From: an archaeon
GTDB taxonomy: Archaea; Iainarchaeota; Iainarchaeia; Iainarchaeales; 1-14-0-10-31-34
Assembly (NCBI GenBank): GCA_024277355.1
Contig: JAJRVL010000004.1
Span: forward strand, 150,001-182,000
Length of the DNA: 32,000 nt
Direction: 5' to 3'
Shown here: in pieces, positions 1-8,914 of the stretch
Layout: each line of letters starts with the position of its first letter
How positions within the stretch are numbered: the first letter of the stretch is position 1
Position numbers and translations under genes: made by a program
Notes under the pieces: model-generated
Database searches by the model: none
Seen by the model: the letters and a program-made list of their open reading frames with translations, nothing else
Told to the model about the DNA's origin: nothing

Positions 1-726
1 ATAAGGTGCCCATTGACTGAAGTTTCCGCCGTCAAGTGAATATCTCCACTGGCATTGTTCTAATCCTAAATTACATTCATCATCTTTTATGGAATCAGAA
101 CCAAAAACATCAATTACTGTGTCTTGGGTAATCCAGTAATCACATATTTCTGTTGCAGGATTACATTGATCATCAATTAAAATTTTTGGATCATTAACTG
201 TTTTTTCAACAACAGGAGGACTGCAGTCAATTCTTACTTCAGGTTGTTTATATTCATGTTCTCCTACTGGTTGAGCATTATCTAAAGTTGAAATCAAAAA
301 AGAACTTGCACAAGAACTAGGTTCCATTGCTGCAGTAAAATTAAAATCTTGGCTTGTTCCAGGAAGTATTCTGTTTCCGCCGGTTATTTGCTGAGTTTTA
401 TATTCACAATAACCATAAATAGCAGTAAAATCAAATAGCTCCCAGCCTGCCGGAGCAGAACCGCATGAAAAATCTAAGTTTCCTACAGTTCCCTGATAAA
501 TTCTTACTTCAAAAATATCATCAATACTTAAAGCATCGTTTGCAATTGTAACAACAAATTCATTTCCTGAGTCACTACAATTAGCTATGTCTGGACTTAA
601 ACTTACTGTTGTATCATGCACAGCAAAAACAAGACTTGAAAACAAAATTAGTGATAAAAATAAAAGTGAAACTTTTCCCCCAAAAGAATTAATAAAAGAT
701 TTTTTATGGTAAGATAACCAAGACAT
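1..726 (-). CDS. Secreted/surface protein, N-terminal part; truncated at the left window edge and absent from the supplied ORF track
   Basis: Manual minus-strand translation from ATG at 726 is open to base 1: MSWLSYHKKSFINSFGGKVSLLFLSLILFSSLVFAVHDTTVSLSPDIANCSDSGNEFVVTIANDALSIDDIFEVRIYQG...IDDQCNPATEICDYWITQDTVIDVFGSDSIKDDECNLGLEQCQWRYSLDGGNFSQWAPY; hydrophobic signal segment followed by a Cys/Asn-rich extracellular-like sequence. Confidence 0.85.
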   Translation of the reverse strand, partial: MSWLSYHKKSFINSFGGKVSLLFLSLILFSSLVFAVHDTTVSLSPDIANCSDSGNEFVVTIANDALSIDDIFEVRIYQGTVGNLDFSCGSAPAGWELFDFTAIYGYCEYKTQQITGGNRILPGTSQDFNFTAAMEPSSCASSFLISTLDNAQPVGEHEYKQPEVRIDCSPPVVEKTVNDPKILIDDQCNPATEICDYWITQDTVIDVFGSDSIKDDECNLGLEQCQWRYSLDGGNFSQWAPY

Positions 727-917
727 AAATATAGACCCCCCTATATAGAAAAAAATTATTTTTCTATAATTATTAAACGCCTTATCTTTAAATACTTTAA
801 GTTTTAGTCAAAAAATTATGTTTAAGTTAAAGGTTTGTTGCTACTTAACAGTTTATAAATTTTTTTTATCTGAATTACATCATATTACATTAGAGGATTT
901 ATCAGAGAGTTGAAGTT

Positions 918-1226
918 ATGCCTTTTAAAAATGAAAAAAATTTAAATTCTTTAAATAATTACAATAAAACTATTGATAAAAATATTTTTCTTAAACTTTC
1001 TCCTTTGCAGCAAAAAATTGTTAACGAATTATCTTTTGGCCCTTTAACTTTAACTCAATTAAGTGAAAAAACTGAGTCAAGCATTTATACAATTGGAAAA
1101 CAATTATCAATGCTTCAAGGGAGAACAAAATGCAACTGCTTAAAAAATAAAGGAATTAATTGTCCTTTAATAAAAAAAAATAAAGATGAAAAAATAAAAA
1201 CAACTTACTGCCTTTGTTTTGAATAA
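918..1226 (+). CDS. Small winged-HTH-like protein with a C-terminal cysteine cluster
   Basis: SPLQQKIVNELSFGPLTLTQLSEKTESSIYTIGKQLSMLQ resembles a wHTH; the tail has CNC...C...CLC. Confidence 0.6.
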   Translation: MPFKNEKNLNSLNNYNKTIDKNIFLKLSPLQQKIVNELSFGPLTLTQLSEKTESSIYTIGKQLSMLQGRTKCNCLKNKGINCPLIKKNKDEKIKTTYCLCFE

Positions 1227-1298
1227 AAAAAATCTTAGTTTAGTCTGCTAAATAACGTTCCAGAACTTCTTTTAATTGTTTTATTTTAAAATTAATTA

Positions 1299-2108
1299 AT
1301 GAATCATTTAACTGAACTTGAAAGTCAGAGCATTTATATTATTAGAGAAGCCTACAAAAAATTCAATAACCCTGCAATACTCTGGAGTATGGGAAAAGAT
1401 TCAACTACTTTACTTTGGCTTTGTAAAAAAGCTTTTTTTGGAAAAATTCCTTTTCCAGTAGTTCATATTGATACTTCATTTAAGTTTAAAGAAATTTATG
1501 ATTTCAGAGACAAGTATGCAAAAGAATGGAATCTTAATTTAATTATAGAAAAAAATAAGAAAGCATTAAAGGAAGGAATTAATCCTAATAAAGGAGTATT
1601 TGAATGCTGTAATAAACTTAAAACACAGGCATTTAAGGAAGTGATAAACAAACATAAATTTAATGCAGTTTTTCTTGGAATTAGAAGAGATGAACATGGA
1701 ATAAGAGGAAAAGAAAGAATTTTTTCTTTAAGAGGGAAAGACTTTAAATGGAATTATTCTGATCAGGATGCTGAAGTATGGGATTTATATTCTGATGAAA
1801 CCGGAAAAAAACAGCATATGCGAGTTCATCCATTGCTTAACTGGACTGAACAAGATATCTGGAAATACATTCAGAAAGAAAACATTCCAATAGTAAAACT
1901 TTATTTTTCTGATTACAGAGAAAAAGGAAAAAGATTCAGAAGCATTGGATGTGAAAGATGCTGTAATCCAATGAAAAGCAATGCTGATTCAATTAAAAAA
2001 ATAATTAAAGAGCTTGCTGAAACAAAAGTTTCTGAACGAAGCGGAAGAAGCCAGGATAAAGAAAAACAGTATTTAATGCAAAAACTTCGTTCAATGGGTT
2101 ATATGTGA
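1299..2108 (+). CDS. cysD: CysD-like ATP sulfurylase small subunit / PAPS reductase family protein
   Basis: LESQSIYIIREAYKKFNNPAILWSMGKDSTTLLWLCKKAF (SxGKDS PP-loop), HIDTSFKFKEIYDFRDKYA, RRDE, SLRGK, NWTEQDIWKYI, GC..C, SERSGRSQDKE match the CysD pattern. Confidence 0.85.
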   Translation: MNHLTELESQSIYIIREAYKKFNNPAILWSMGKDSTTLLWLCKKAFFGKIPFPVVHIDTSFKFKEIYDFRDKYAKEWNLNLIIEKNKKALKEGINPNKGVFECCNKLKTQAFKEVINKHKFNAVFLGIRRDEHGIRGKERIFSLRGKDFKWNYSDQDAEVWDLYSDETGKKQHMRVHPLLNWTEQDIWKYIQKENIPIVKLYFSDYREKGKRFRSIGCERCCNPMKSNADSIKKIIKELAETKVSERSGRSQDKEKQYLMQKLRSMGYM

Positions 2109-3454
2109 AAATAAAGTTTATCCATTAATTCCTGAACTTTTTTTGGGTTTTCTTTTGAAATATCTTTTTTTTCGTCTGGATCTGTATTTAAATCATATAA
2201 TTCAAGTCTTGAATTTTCAGTTCCTTTTATTAACTTAAAATTTTTTTTATCTATTATTGTTTTTGTTTCTTTTCCTAAAAGTAAACATTCAGCAATAACA
2301 TAATCCATTTCTTTTTTATTTAATGCAATATCCATTAATGAAACAGGAAGTTCAGAATCTTTTTTTATTCCGGCTAATTCAAATACAGTATTATAAAAAT
2401 TAACAGAACTGCTTAATTTATTGATTTTTTTGGAACCAAAAGAAGAATTAAATAAAAACAAAGGAACTTTAATTAATTCATTATAAACTGTGTGTCCATG
2501 GTCTATTCCTCTGTTATAAAAATAAATGTCATCTCTTTGTGTTCCATGTTCCCAGAATTCTTCTCCATGATCACTGGTAAAAATTATTGTTGTTTTATCA
2601 AATAAACTGTTTTTTTTTAAGCAGTTTATGATTTTTCCTATTTGTTTATCAATTGCCCTTATTGATGAATTATATTTTTCAATTACAAATTTTTTTTCTG
2701 TTTCTGATAACTTATTTTTTAAGTTATATCTTAAATCTAAGAGTTCTGATTTAGTTATGTTTATTGTTTTGTATTCAGATTTATTAGATAAATTATAAAG
2801 GTCTAAGTAAGGAGTATGCATATCCATAAAATTAATCCATAAAAAAAAATCTTTGTTTTTGTTTGCTTTAATTTTTTTGACTGCATTATTTACTAATGTG
2901 TTTGCAGGAATACTGGATGCCCACTCAATTTTCTTTTTATTGAATAATTTTAATAATAATTTATCTTTAATTTTTTTTATTTTCATTAAAAAAGAAAAAA
3001 GCTTGATTTTTTTTGAAAAAAGAAATATTTTTTTCATTAAATTAGGGTTTTGAAAAAAAATCAAATACTCATGAAAGTATTTTCCAAAAGAGTCTTTATA
3101 ACACATTTCATTGCCTTGAATTCCAATACAATAATGGCTTTTCCTTAAAATTTTAGTAAAATAGTTTTCACAGTTATGTTTAAATGCCTGGAAAAAAACT
3201 GGTTTATTTTTTTTTGCAAAAGAAAGCTTGCTGACATTCTTTAATTTTGGACAGTTAAGAATAAACCCGTGTTCTTTTGGATAAACTCCAGTAAAAAAAG
3301 AAGCAAAACTTGCACCAGTCCAAGGACTTGAAACATAATGGTTTTTGAATTCAAAACCATTTTTTCTCAGGAATTCAATATTAGGAATATTATTTTTTTC
3401 TGTTTCAAGAGTTTTGGCTTTTAAAGTGTCAGCAGAAATCAAAATAATGTTCAT
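2099..3454 (-). CDS. Sulfatase/alkaline-phosphatase superfamily hydrolase
   Basis: MNIILISADTLKAKTL, VSSPWTGASFASFFTGVYPKEHGF, TTIIFTSDHGEEFWEHG, GIDHGHTVYNELIKVPLFLF; C-terminal YDLNTDPDEKKDI typical of sulfatase-like enzymes. Confidence 0.88.
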   Translation of the reverse strand: MNIILISADTLKAKTLETEKNNIPNIEFLRKNGFEFKNHYVSSPWTGASFASFFTGVYPKEHGFILNCPKLKNVSKLSFAKKNKPVFFQAFKHNCENYFTKILRKSHYCIGIQGNEMCYKDSFGKYFHEYLIFFQNPNLMKKIFLFSKKIKLFSFLMKIKKIKDKLLLKLFNKKKIEWASSIPANTLVNNAVKKIKANKNKDFFLWINFMDMHTPYLDLYNLSNKSEYKTINITKSELLDLRYNLKNKLSETEKKFVIEKYNSSIRAIDKQIGKIINCLKKNSLFDKTTIIFTSDHGEEFWEHGTQRDDIYFYNRGIDHGHTVYNELIKVPLFLFNSSFGSKKINKLSSSVNFYNTVFELAGIKKDSELPVSLMDIALNKKEMDYVIAECLLLGKETKTIIDKKNFKLIKGTENSRLELYDLNTDPDEKKDISKENPKKVQELMDKLYFHI

Positions 3455-3499
3455 TAATAATTAATTTGAGAGTTAAAATTAAAAGTAATGCTTAATTAA

Positions 3500-5128
3500 T
3501 TATTTTCCGTATTTGTCTTGCATTTCTTTTATTTTTTTGTCTTGTTGTTTTTCTGCTTCAAGTCTTTCTAAATTATATTCTTTCATGTCAACAAACTTTA
3601 AGTGTTCAGTTAAATTCGGATGAACTCTTTTAATTTCAGAAGAAATTTTTTGTGCTACTCTTCTGTAATCAGGATGACCCTGCATAGTACTTCTTAATTC
3701 AGTTAAATGAAAAGCCTGCCTTAAATTTAATTTAAAATACCATCGAATTTTGTATCCAAACGTAACTAAATATTGCGCAGACCAAGGATTTTTTTCTTCT
3801 ATTTTTTCAAATAATTCTTTTGCCTGATTCATTAAAGAAACATAATCTTCATTTATGCCGATTGCATTTAATTCAACTGGAGAAACAAAACCATGATGAG
3901 TTGAAAGCAATTGTCTTTCCTGAGTAAGCAGTCTGTGTCTATGCAAATCCCTGAAAACTCCGTAATTTCCTATAATGTCAAAAGTATAATCAGTGTTTTC
4001 AAATGCTCTTCCGGGTTTATGTCTTCTGTTTTTTCTTAAAGAAACATAAGAATTAATTAATTGTTTTTTTTGTTCTTCAGTTAATTCTTTTATCTTTTCT
4101 TTTATTTGATGCAAAGGCAAATGCAAATTAGAATACAAAATTGCACTTAAAACTTTTTCTTCTGCGTTTTCATCAAAATCAATCAATTCAACTTCATTAG
4201 ATGAATTAATTTTTTCTTTTCCTAAAAATTCTTTTGATAATTTTTTTGTTTTTTTTCTTGTTTCAGCTAAAAATTCAATTGTAGGGTTGCCGTATTCTCC
4301 AAAAGCTCTTTTAACAAAACTTGGAATATAAGAACTTAATTCTAAATGCATTGTTTTTGCAATTTCTTTTGTTTCAGTTAAAGGATAAGAACTTAATCTT
4401 GAAATCATATACTCAAATGCTCTTCCATTTCCATATAATCCTGTATTAGTTAAAGTTGAAGCAGGCAAAAAAACCCTTAAAACATCACAGGCTTTTGCTT
4501 TAACAGTTGAATTATATGCTCTATCGGAAACTTCTTCTGTTTTAGGGTTATTTTCTTCAATGAATTTTTTCATTGGTTCAATTGACTTAGAATAAACTTC
4601 AAACAACGAATTACATAATTCAGTATAATCATCTGCAAAATTGCTTTGCATTATTTTTTTTTCCCTTAAATAAAAATAATTTCCATTTTCATCTTTTTTA
4701 TCAAAATAAATATAACGAGTTGATTTTTCTAAAGGAGAAATTCCAATTCTTGCATCCTGAATTAATTTAACTCCAATATTGCTTACATCTTCAACCGCTA
4801 AATGAGCTCCACCTAATTCCGCTACACTGTCATCGCCAAAACCCAATAAAACTCTGTCATAAAATTCTTCTGCTTTTTTTATTGCAATAGCTTGTTCAAT
4901 TCCTTTTTCTGTCTGAAAACCTACTATTTCCTTAAAACCCATTTTTTCATCTGAAATAAATTCATCTAAAAGCAATTGTCTTAAAGGTTTAGGAGAACGA
5001 GAATACCTTGAAAATAAAGCTCCCATTACTACTTCAGGCAGATTTTTTAAAACAAAAACAGGTTTATCTAAACTGCTGACAAAAGAAGAAATAATTTCTT
5101 TTTCTTCTGAGGAAAAGTTTTCATTCAT
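3500..5128 (-). CDS. thyX: ThyX-like (flavin-dependent thymidylate synthase family) protein, long form, possibly two-domain
   Basis: SRYSRSPKPLRQLLL, GFGDDSVAELGGAHLAVEDVSNI, SPLEKSTRY in the N half; RDLHRHRLLTQERQLLS and LRQAFHLTELRSTMQGHPDYR in the C half. Confidence 0.75.
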   Translation of the reverse strand: MNENFSSEEKEIISSFVSSLDKPVFVLKNLPEVVMGALFSRYSRSPKPLRQLLLDEFISDEKMGFKEIVGFQTEKGIEQAIAIKKAEEFYDRVLLGFGDDSVAELGGAHLAVEDVSNIGVKLIQDARIGISPLEKSTRYIYFDKKDENGNYFYLREKKIMQSNFADDYTELCNSLFEVYSKSIEPMKKFIEENNPKTEEVSDRAYNSTVKAKACDVLRVFLPASTLTNTGLYGNGRAFEYMISRLSSYPLTETKEIAKTMHLELSSYIPSFVKRAFGEYGNPTIEFLAETRKKTKKLSKEFLGKEKINSSNEVELIDFDENAEEKVLSAILYSNLHLPLHQIKEKIKELTEEQKKQLINSYVSLRKNRRHKPGRAFENTDYTFDIIGNYGVFRDLHRHRLLTQERQLLSTHHGFVSPVELNAIGINEDYVSLMNQAKELFEKIEEKNPWSAQYLVTFGYKIRWYFKLNLRQAFHLTELRSTMQGHPDYRRVAQKISSEIKRVHPNLTEHLKFVDMKEYNLERLEAEKQQDKKIKEMQDKYGK

Positions 5129-5213
5129 AAATTAAATAATTCAATAAATTCTTTTAAATCCATACATATTAGGCAAACCTAAAATTAGGTTTTTATACTT
5201 TTCTAATTGTTTA

Positions 5214-5672
5214 ATGTATACAATGAACATGAAAATAATTTATCCTGAAGAACTCCAAGGAATAGTTCATGAAAAAACATGCGAAAATGAAGAAATGTAC
5301 TTAAAAGTAATTTATTTATTAGAAGAAGACGGACTAAAACCTGTTTGTTCAAATAATGTTTCAAAAGTACTAAAAATTTCATTGCCTTCAGTGGTTGAAA
5401 TGTTAAATAAAATGGACAAAAAAGGATTAGTAAAATATGACGGTAGAAAAGGAGTTTTTTTAAAGCCAAAAGGAAAAAAAATGGCAAAAAAAATTGTAAG
5501 AAATTTAAGGTTAACAGAATTACTTTTACAGGATATTTTAAAAATGAAAAACATAGAAAAATATGCATGCAAATTTGAACATTCAATGACAGATGAAATA
5601 GCAAACGCAATAACTAAAACCTTAAAAAATCCGGAAAAATGCCCTCATGGAAAACTAATTCCAAAAATCTAA
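5214..5672 (+). CDS. DtxR/MntR-family metal-dependent transcriptional regulator
   Basis: YLKVIYLLEEDG...VSKVLKISLPSVVEMLNKMDKKGLVKYDGRKGVFLKPKGKKMA; CKFEHSMTDEIANAITKTLKNPEKCPHGKLIP. Confidence 0.85.
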   Translation: MYTMNMKIIYPEELQGIVHEKTCENEEMYLKVIYLLEEDGLKPVCSNNVSKVLKISLPSVVEMLNKMDKKGLVKYDGRKGVFLKPKGKKMAKKIVRNLRLTELLLQDILKMKNIEKYACKFEHSMTDEIANAITKTLKNPEKCPHGKLIPKI

Positions 5673-5724
5673 TTTTAATAATTCATCAAATAATTTATAA
5701 CAGTTTTTTTAAGTGATATATTTA

Positions 5725-6240
5725 ATGAACAAAATAAAATATACTTTAATTGCAGCAGTAACCTTAGACGGAAAAATAGCAAAAAATTCAAGTCATTTTA
5801 CTGACTGGACAAGCAAAGAAGACAAAAAATTCATGCAAAAAGAATTAAACAAATCAGATGTAATTATTGTCGGAAACAACACTTTTCAGACAGCAAAAAA
5901 ACCTTTATCTAAAAGAAACTGTATTGTATTAAACCATAAAATAAAAGAAAAAAAAGAAAATCAAACAAAAAATTTAATTTTCATTAACCCTGAAAAAACA
6001 GAAATAAAAAAAATAATTACAAAAAATAATTACAAAAAAATTTGTATTTTAGGAGGAATGCAGACTTACAGTTTTTTTTTAAGAAAAAATTTAATTGACG
6101 AAATGTTTATTACAATCGAACCATTAATTTTTGGGAAAGGATTAAGTTTATTTGATTATCAAAAAGAAAAAAAATTTAAATTAATTTCAATGAAAAAACT
6201 AAACAAAAAAGGAAGTTTATTACTTCATTACAAAAAGTGA
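5725..6240 (+). CDS. Dihydrofolate reductase-like / RibD C-terminal-domain reductase
   Basis: YTLIAAVTLDGKIAKNSSHFTDWTS...SDVIIVGNNTF...ICILGGMQTYSFFLRKNLIDEMFITIEPLIFGKGLSLF. ATG at 5725 is preferred over GTG at 5713; GTGAT, an archaeal SD-like string, lies upstream. Confidence 0.8.
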   Translation: MNKIKYTLIAAVTLDGKIAKNSSHFTDWTSKEDKKFMQKELNKSDVIIVGNNTFQTAKKPLSKRNCIVLNHKIKEKKENQTKNLIFINPEKTEIKKIITKNNYKKICILGGMQTYSFFLRKNLIDEMFITIEPLIFGKGLSLFDYQKEKKFKLISMKKLNKKGSLLLHYKK

Positions 6241-6244
6241 TTTA

Positions 6245-7273
6245 ATGTTAACTAAAAAAACTAAAACAGACTTAGAAAAACAACAATACAGAATCATAGG
6301 AGAACATTCAGCAGTAAAAATCTGCGGATGGACAAAACAAATGTTAAGAGGAAAAGGCTCCTGCTATAAATTCAAATTTTACGGCATAAAAAGCAATCAA
6401 TGCATGCAGATGACAACAAGTTTAAGCTGTGCTAATAGATGCACTTTCTGCTGGAGAGGATATAAGGCTCCTGTATCAAAAGAATGGAAATGGAAAATCA
6501 ATAAACCAGAAGAAATACTTAAAGGAAGTTTAGAGCAACAAGAAAAATTATTAAGCGGATTTAAAGGATTCAAAGATGTAATAATGCAGTTATATAATGA
6601 ATCAAAAAAAGTAAGGCATGCTGCATTATCTTTAACAGGAGAACCAATAATTTACCCGGAAATAAATAAATTAACTGAATTAATGAACAAAAAAAGAATT
6701 TCAACTTTTTTAGTTACTAATGCACAATACCCTGAACAAATAAAAAAATTAAAACCAGTAACCCAATTATATTTAAGTTTGGATGCGCCAAACAAAAAAT
6801 TACTAAAAAAAGTTGATTTACCTTTGTTTTCAGATTACTGGGAAAGATTAAATAAAAGCTTAAAATATTTAGCTAAAAAAAATCAAAGAACAGCAATCAG
6901 ATTAACTTTAATTAAAGGAATAAATGACATTGAAGAAGAAAATTATAGTAAATTAATAAAAAAAGGAAACCCTGATTTCATTGAAATAAAAGCTTACATG
7001 TTTGTAGGAGAAAGCAGGCAAAGATTAAAAGAAAAAAACATGCCTTTGCATTCAGAAGTAAAAGCTTTTACAAAAAAACTAAACGAATTTTTGCCTGAAT
7101 ATGAATTAATATCAGAACATAAACCTTCAAGAGTTTTACTGCTTGCAAAAAAAACATTTAAGAAAAAAGGAAAATGGAAAACCTGGATTGACTTTGAAAA
7201 ATACCATAAATTAGTTTTAAATAAAAAAAAGTTTGAATCAAAAGATTATTCAAAAGAAACTCCAAAAAATTAA
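6245..7273 (+). CDS. taw1: 4-demethylwyosine synthase (TYW1/Taw1), radical SAM
   Basis: MQMTTSLSCANRCTFCWRGY (CxxxCxxC), ALSLTGEPIIYPEINKL, TFLVTNAQYPEQI, LYLSLDAP, FIEIKAYMFVGESRQRL; start preceded by GTGAT. Confidence 0.92.
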   Translation: MLTKKTKTDLEKQQYRIIGEHSAVKICGWTKQMLRGKGSCYKFKFYGIKSNQCMQMTTSLSCANRCTFCWRGYKAPVSKEWKWKINKPEEILKGSLEQQEKLLSGFKGFKDVIMQLYNESKKVRHAALSLTGEPIIYPEINKLTELMNKKRISTFLVTNAQYPEQIKKLKPVTQLYLSLDAPNKKLLKKVDLPLFSDYWERLNKSLKYLAKKNQRTAIRLTLIKGINDIEEENYSKLIKKGNPDFIEIKAYMFVGESRQRLKEKNMPLHSEVKAFTKKLNEFLPEYELISEHKPSRVLLLAKKTFKKKGKWKTWIDFEKYHKLVLNKKKFESKDYSKETPKN

Positions 7274-8562
7274 ATTATTTCTCCAACTAAATAAAATTTT
7301 TCTGTTTTAATGATTTTTACTTTAATTTTTTTGCCTAAAGGAATTTTTTTGTTTACAACAATCTGTCTGTAAGACAAATTTTTTCCTATAGTTTGATTAA
7401 ATTTTTTTCCTTTTTCATCAATTAAAACTTCACAGGTTTTATTAAGCCATTTTTTGTTATTTTCCTCTAAAATTTTATGAAACAATTTAGTCATTTTCCC
7501 TGAACGTTCTTTTATTACTAAACCAGTTAACTGATTCATTGTTGAAGCTAAAGTAGCAGGCCTTGACTGAAAACGAGAAATATTCAAAACTTCAGGTTTA
7601 GTTTCTTTAATTAAATTAAGTGAATCCTTAAACTGTTTTTCTGTTTCTTCAGGAAAACCAACAATAATATCAGTTGAAATTGAAATTTCAGGAATTTCTT
7701 TTTTCAGTTTATTAATTATTTTTTTGTATTCTTCAACAGTATAACGTCTTTTCATTTTTTTTAAAACAATATTATTTCCTGACTGAACAGGAATATGAAG
7801 AAACTTAAATACTTTTTTGTTTTTCATTGCAGAAATTAATTCATCTAAGCATTCAAGAATATAAGTTGGATTAGTCATTCCAATTCTAATCAAAAAATCT
7901 CCTTTAATCCTGCATATTTCTTCAATTAATTCAGGTAATTTTGTTTTTCCTTTTTCAGTTAAATAAGCTCCATTATCCTGTGAAGTAATCCATATTTCTT
8001 TGCATCCTTGTTTAATGCTTTTTTTTATTTCAGTTAAAATTAATTCTTTTGGAAAAGAAAAAACAGGCCCTTTAATTAAAACAGTAGAACAATAAGAACA
8101 ATGATCATTGCATCCTGAAAGGATAGGCACAATAGAAATAACAGGATTAATTCTTTTCTTTGGAAAATTTAATTTAATTTTTCTTTCAAAAGAAGAAAAT
8201 TCTTCAGGTTTATTTTCAAAAGAAGACTCAATTACTTTATTTATTTTTTCAAGGTTATGCGTATTAATAATACTGATTTTTTTGCTGATTAAATGAATTT
8301 TAGGAATTAAAATTTTTGGAATACAGCCTGCAACAACAATTTTTTTTTCAGGAAACTCTTTAAGAATTTTTTTAATTGAATTAAGACAATGATTAACTGA
8401 AGGACCTTTAACTGAACACATATTAAATACAACAGCATCAGCAGAAGAAAATTCAATTGACTCCTCAGTAGTATAACCGCCTTTTTCAAGTAAGCCTGCC
8501 ATTACTTCTGATTCAGAAAAATTATTACTGCACCCGTAAGTTTTGAAAACTATTTTAGTCAT
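7270..8562 (-). CDS. Archaeal/eukaryotic-type (CDKAL1-like) threonylcarbamoyladenosine tRNA methylthiotransferase
   Basis: MTKIVFKTYGCSNNFSESEVMAGLL, VVFNMCSVKGPS, IVPILSGCNDHCSYCSTVLIKG, LHIPVQSGNNIVLKKMKRRYTVEEY, DIIVGFPEETE, C-terminal TRAM-like region. Internal ATG at 8562 preferred over the track start at 8607. Confidence 0.9.
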   Translation of the reverse strand: MTKIVFKTYGCSNNFSESEVMAGLLEKGGYTTEESIEFSSADAVVFNMCSVKGPSVNHCLNSIKKILKEFPEKKIVVAGCIPKILIPKIHLISKKISIINTHNLEKINKVIESSFENKPEEFSSFERKIKLNFPKKRINPVISIVPILSGCNDHCSYCSTVLIKGPVFSFPKELILTEIKKSIKQGCKEIWITSQDNGAYLTEKGKTKLPELIEEICRIKGDFLIRIGMTNPTYILECLDELISAMKNKKVFKFLHIPVQSGNNIVLKKMKRRYTVEEYKKIINKLKKEIPEISISTDIIVGFPEETEKQFKDSLNLIKETKPEVLNISRFQSRPATLASTMNQLTGLVIKERSGKMTKLFHKILEENNKKWLNKTCEVLIDEKGKKFNQTIGKNLSYRQIVVNKKIPLGKKIKVKIIKTEKFYLVGEII

Positions 8563-8674
8563 TAAAAAAAAATGAAAAAAAGATTTTTTATATTTACCTG
8601 AAAACAAGTTAGGTTTGCCTTATTGCTTTTATTTACTGCATAATTATATAAAAAGCACTGCATTGAATTATTAT

Positions 8675-8908
8675 ATGACTAAAGAAAAAATTATTACAAA
8701 AGACTTAACTATAGGAGAAGTAGTGCAAAAACACCCTGAAATTATTCCTGTTTTAATGGAACATGGCATTCATTGTGTCGGCTGTCATGTAGCTGCATTT
8801 GAATCTTTAGGACAGGGTTTTGCAGGACACGGCTACTCAGAAAAACAAGTTGAAGAAATAATTGAAAAATTAAATGAAGCAGTAAAAAAAGAAAAAAACA
8901 AGAAATGA
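8675..8908 (+). CDS. DUF1858 / hybrid-cluster-associated redox disulfide domain protein
   Basis: ITKDLTIGEVVQKHPEIIPVLMEHGIHCVGCHVAAFESLGQGFAGHGYSEKQVEEIIEKLNEAV. Confidence 0.88.
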   Translation: MTKEKIITKDLTIGEVVQKHPEIIPVLMEHGIHCVGCHVAAFESLGQGFAGHGYSEKQVEEIIEKLNEAVKKEKNKK

Positions 8909-8914
8909 TATTTA

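Noticed and set aside
2099-3454. Confident assignment as an arylsulfatase
   Set aside because: The catalytic segment SPWTGASFAS lacks a clear C/S-x-P-S-R motif, so only superfamily-level annotation is supported.
5203-5610. 135-aa and 86-aa minus-strand ORFs over the DtxR-like gene
   Set aside because: Low-complexity Leu/Phe-rich translation antisense to a recognisable regulator.
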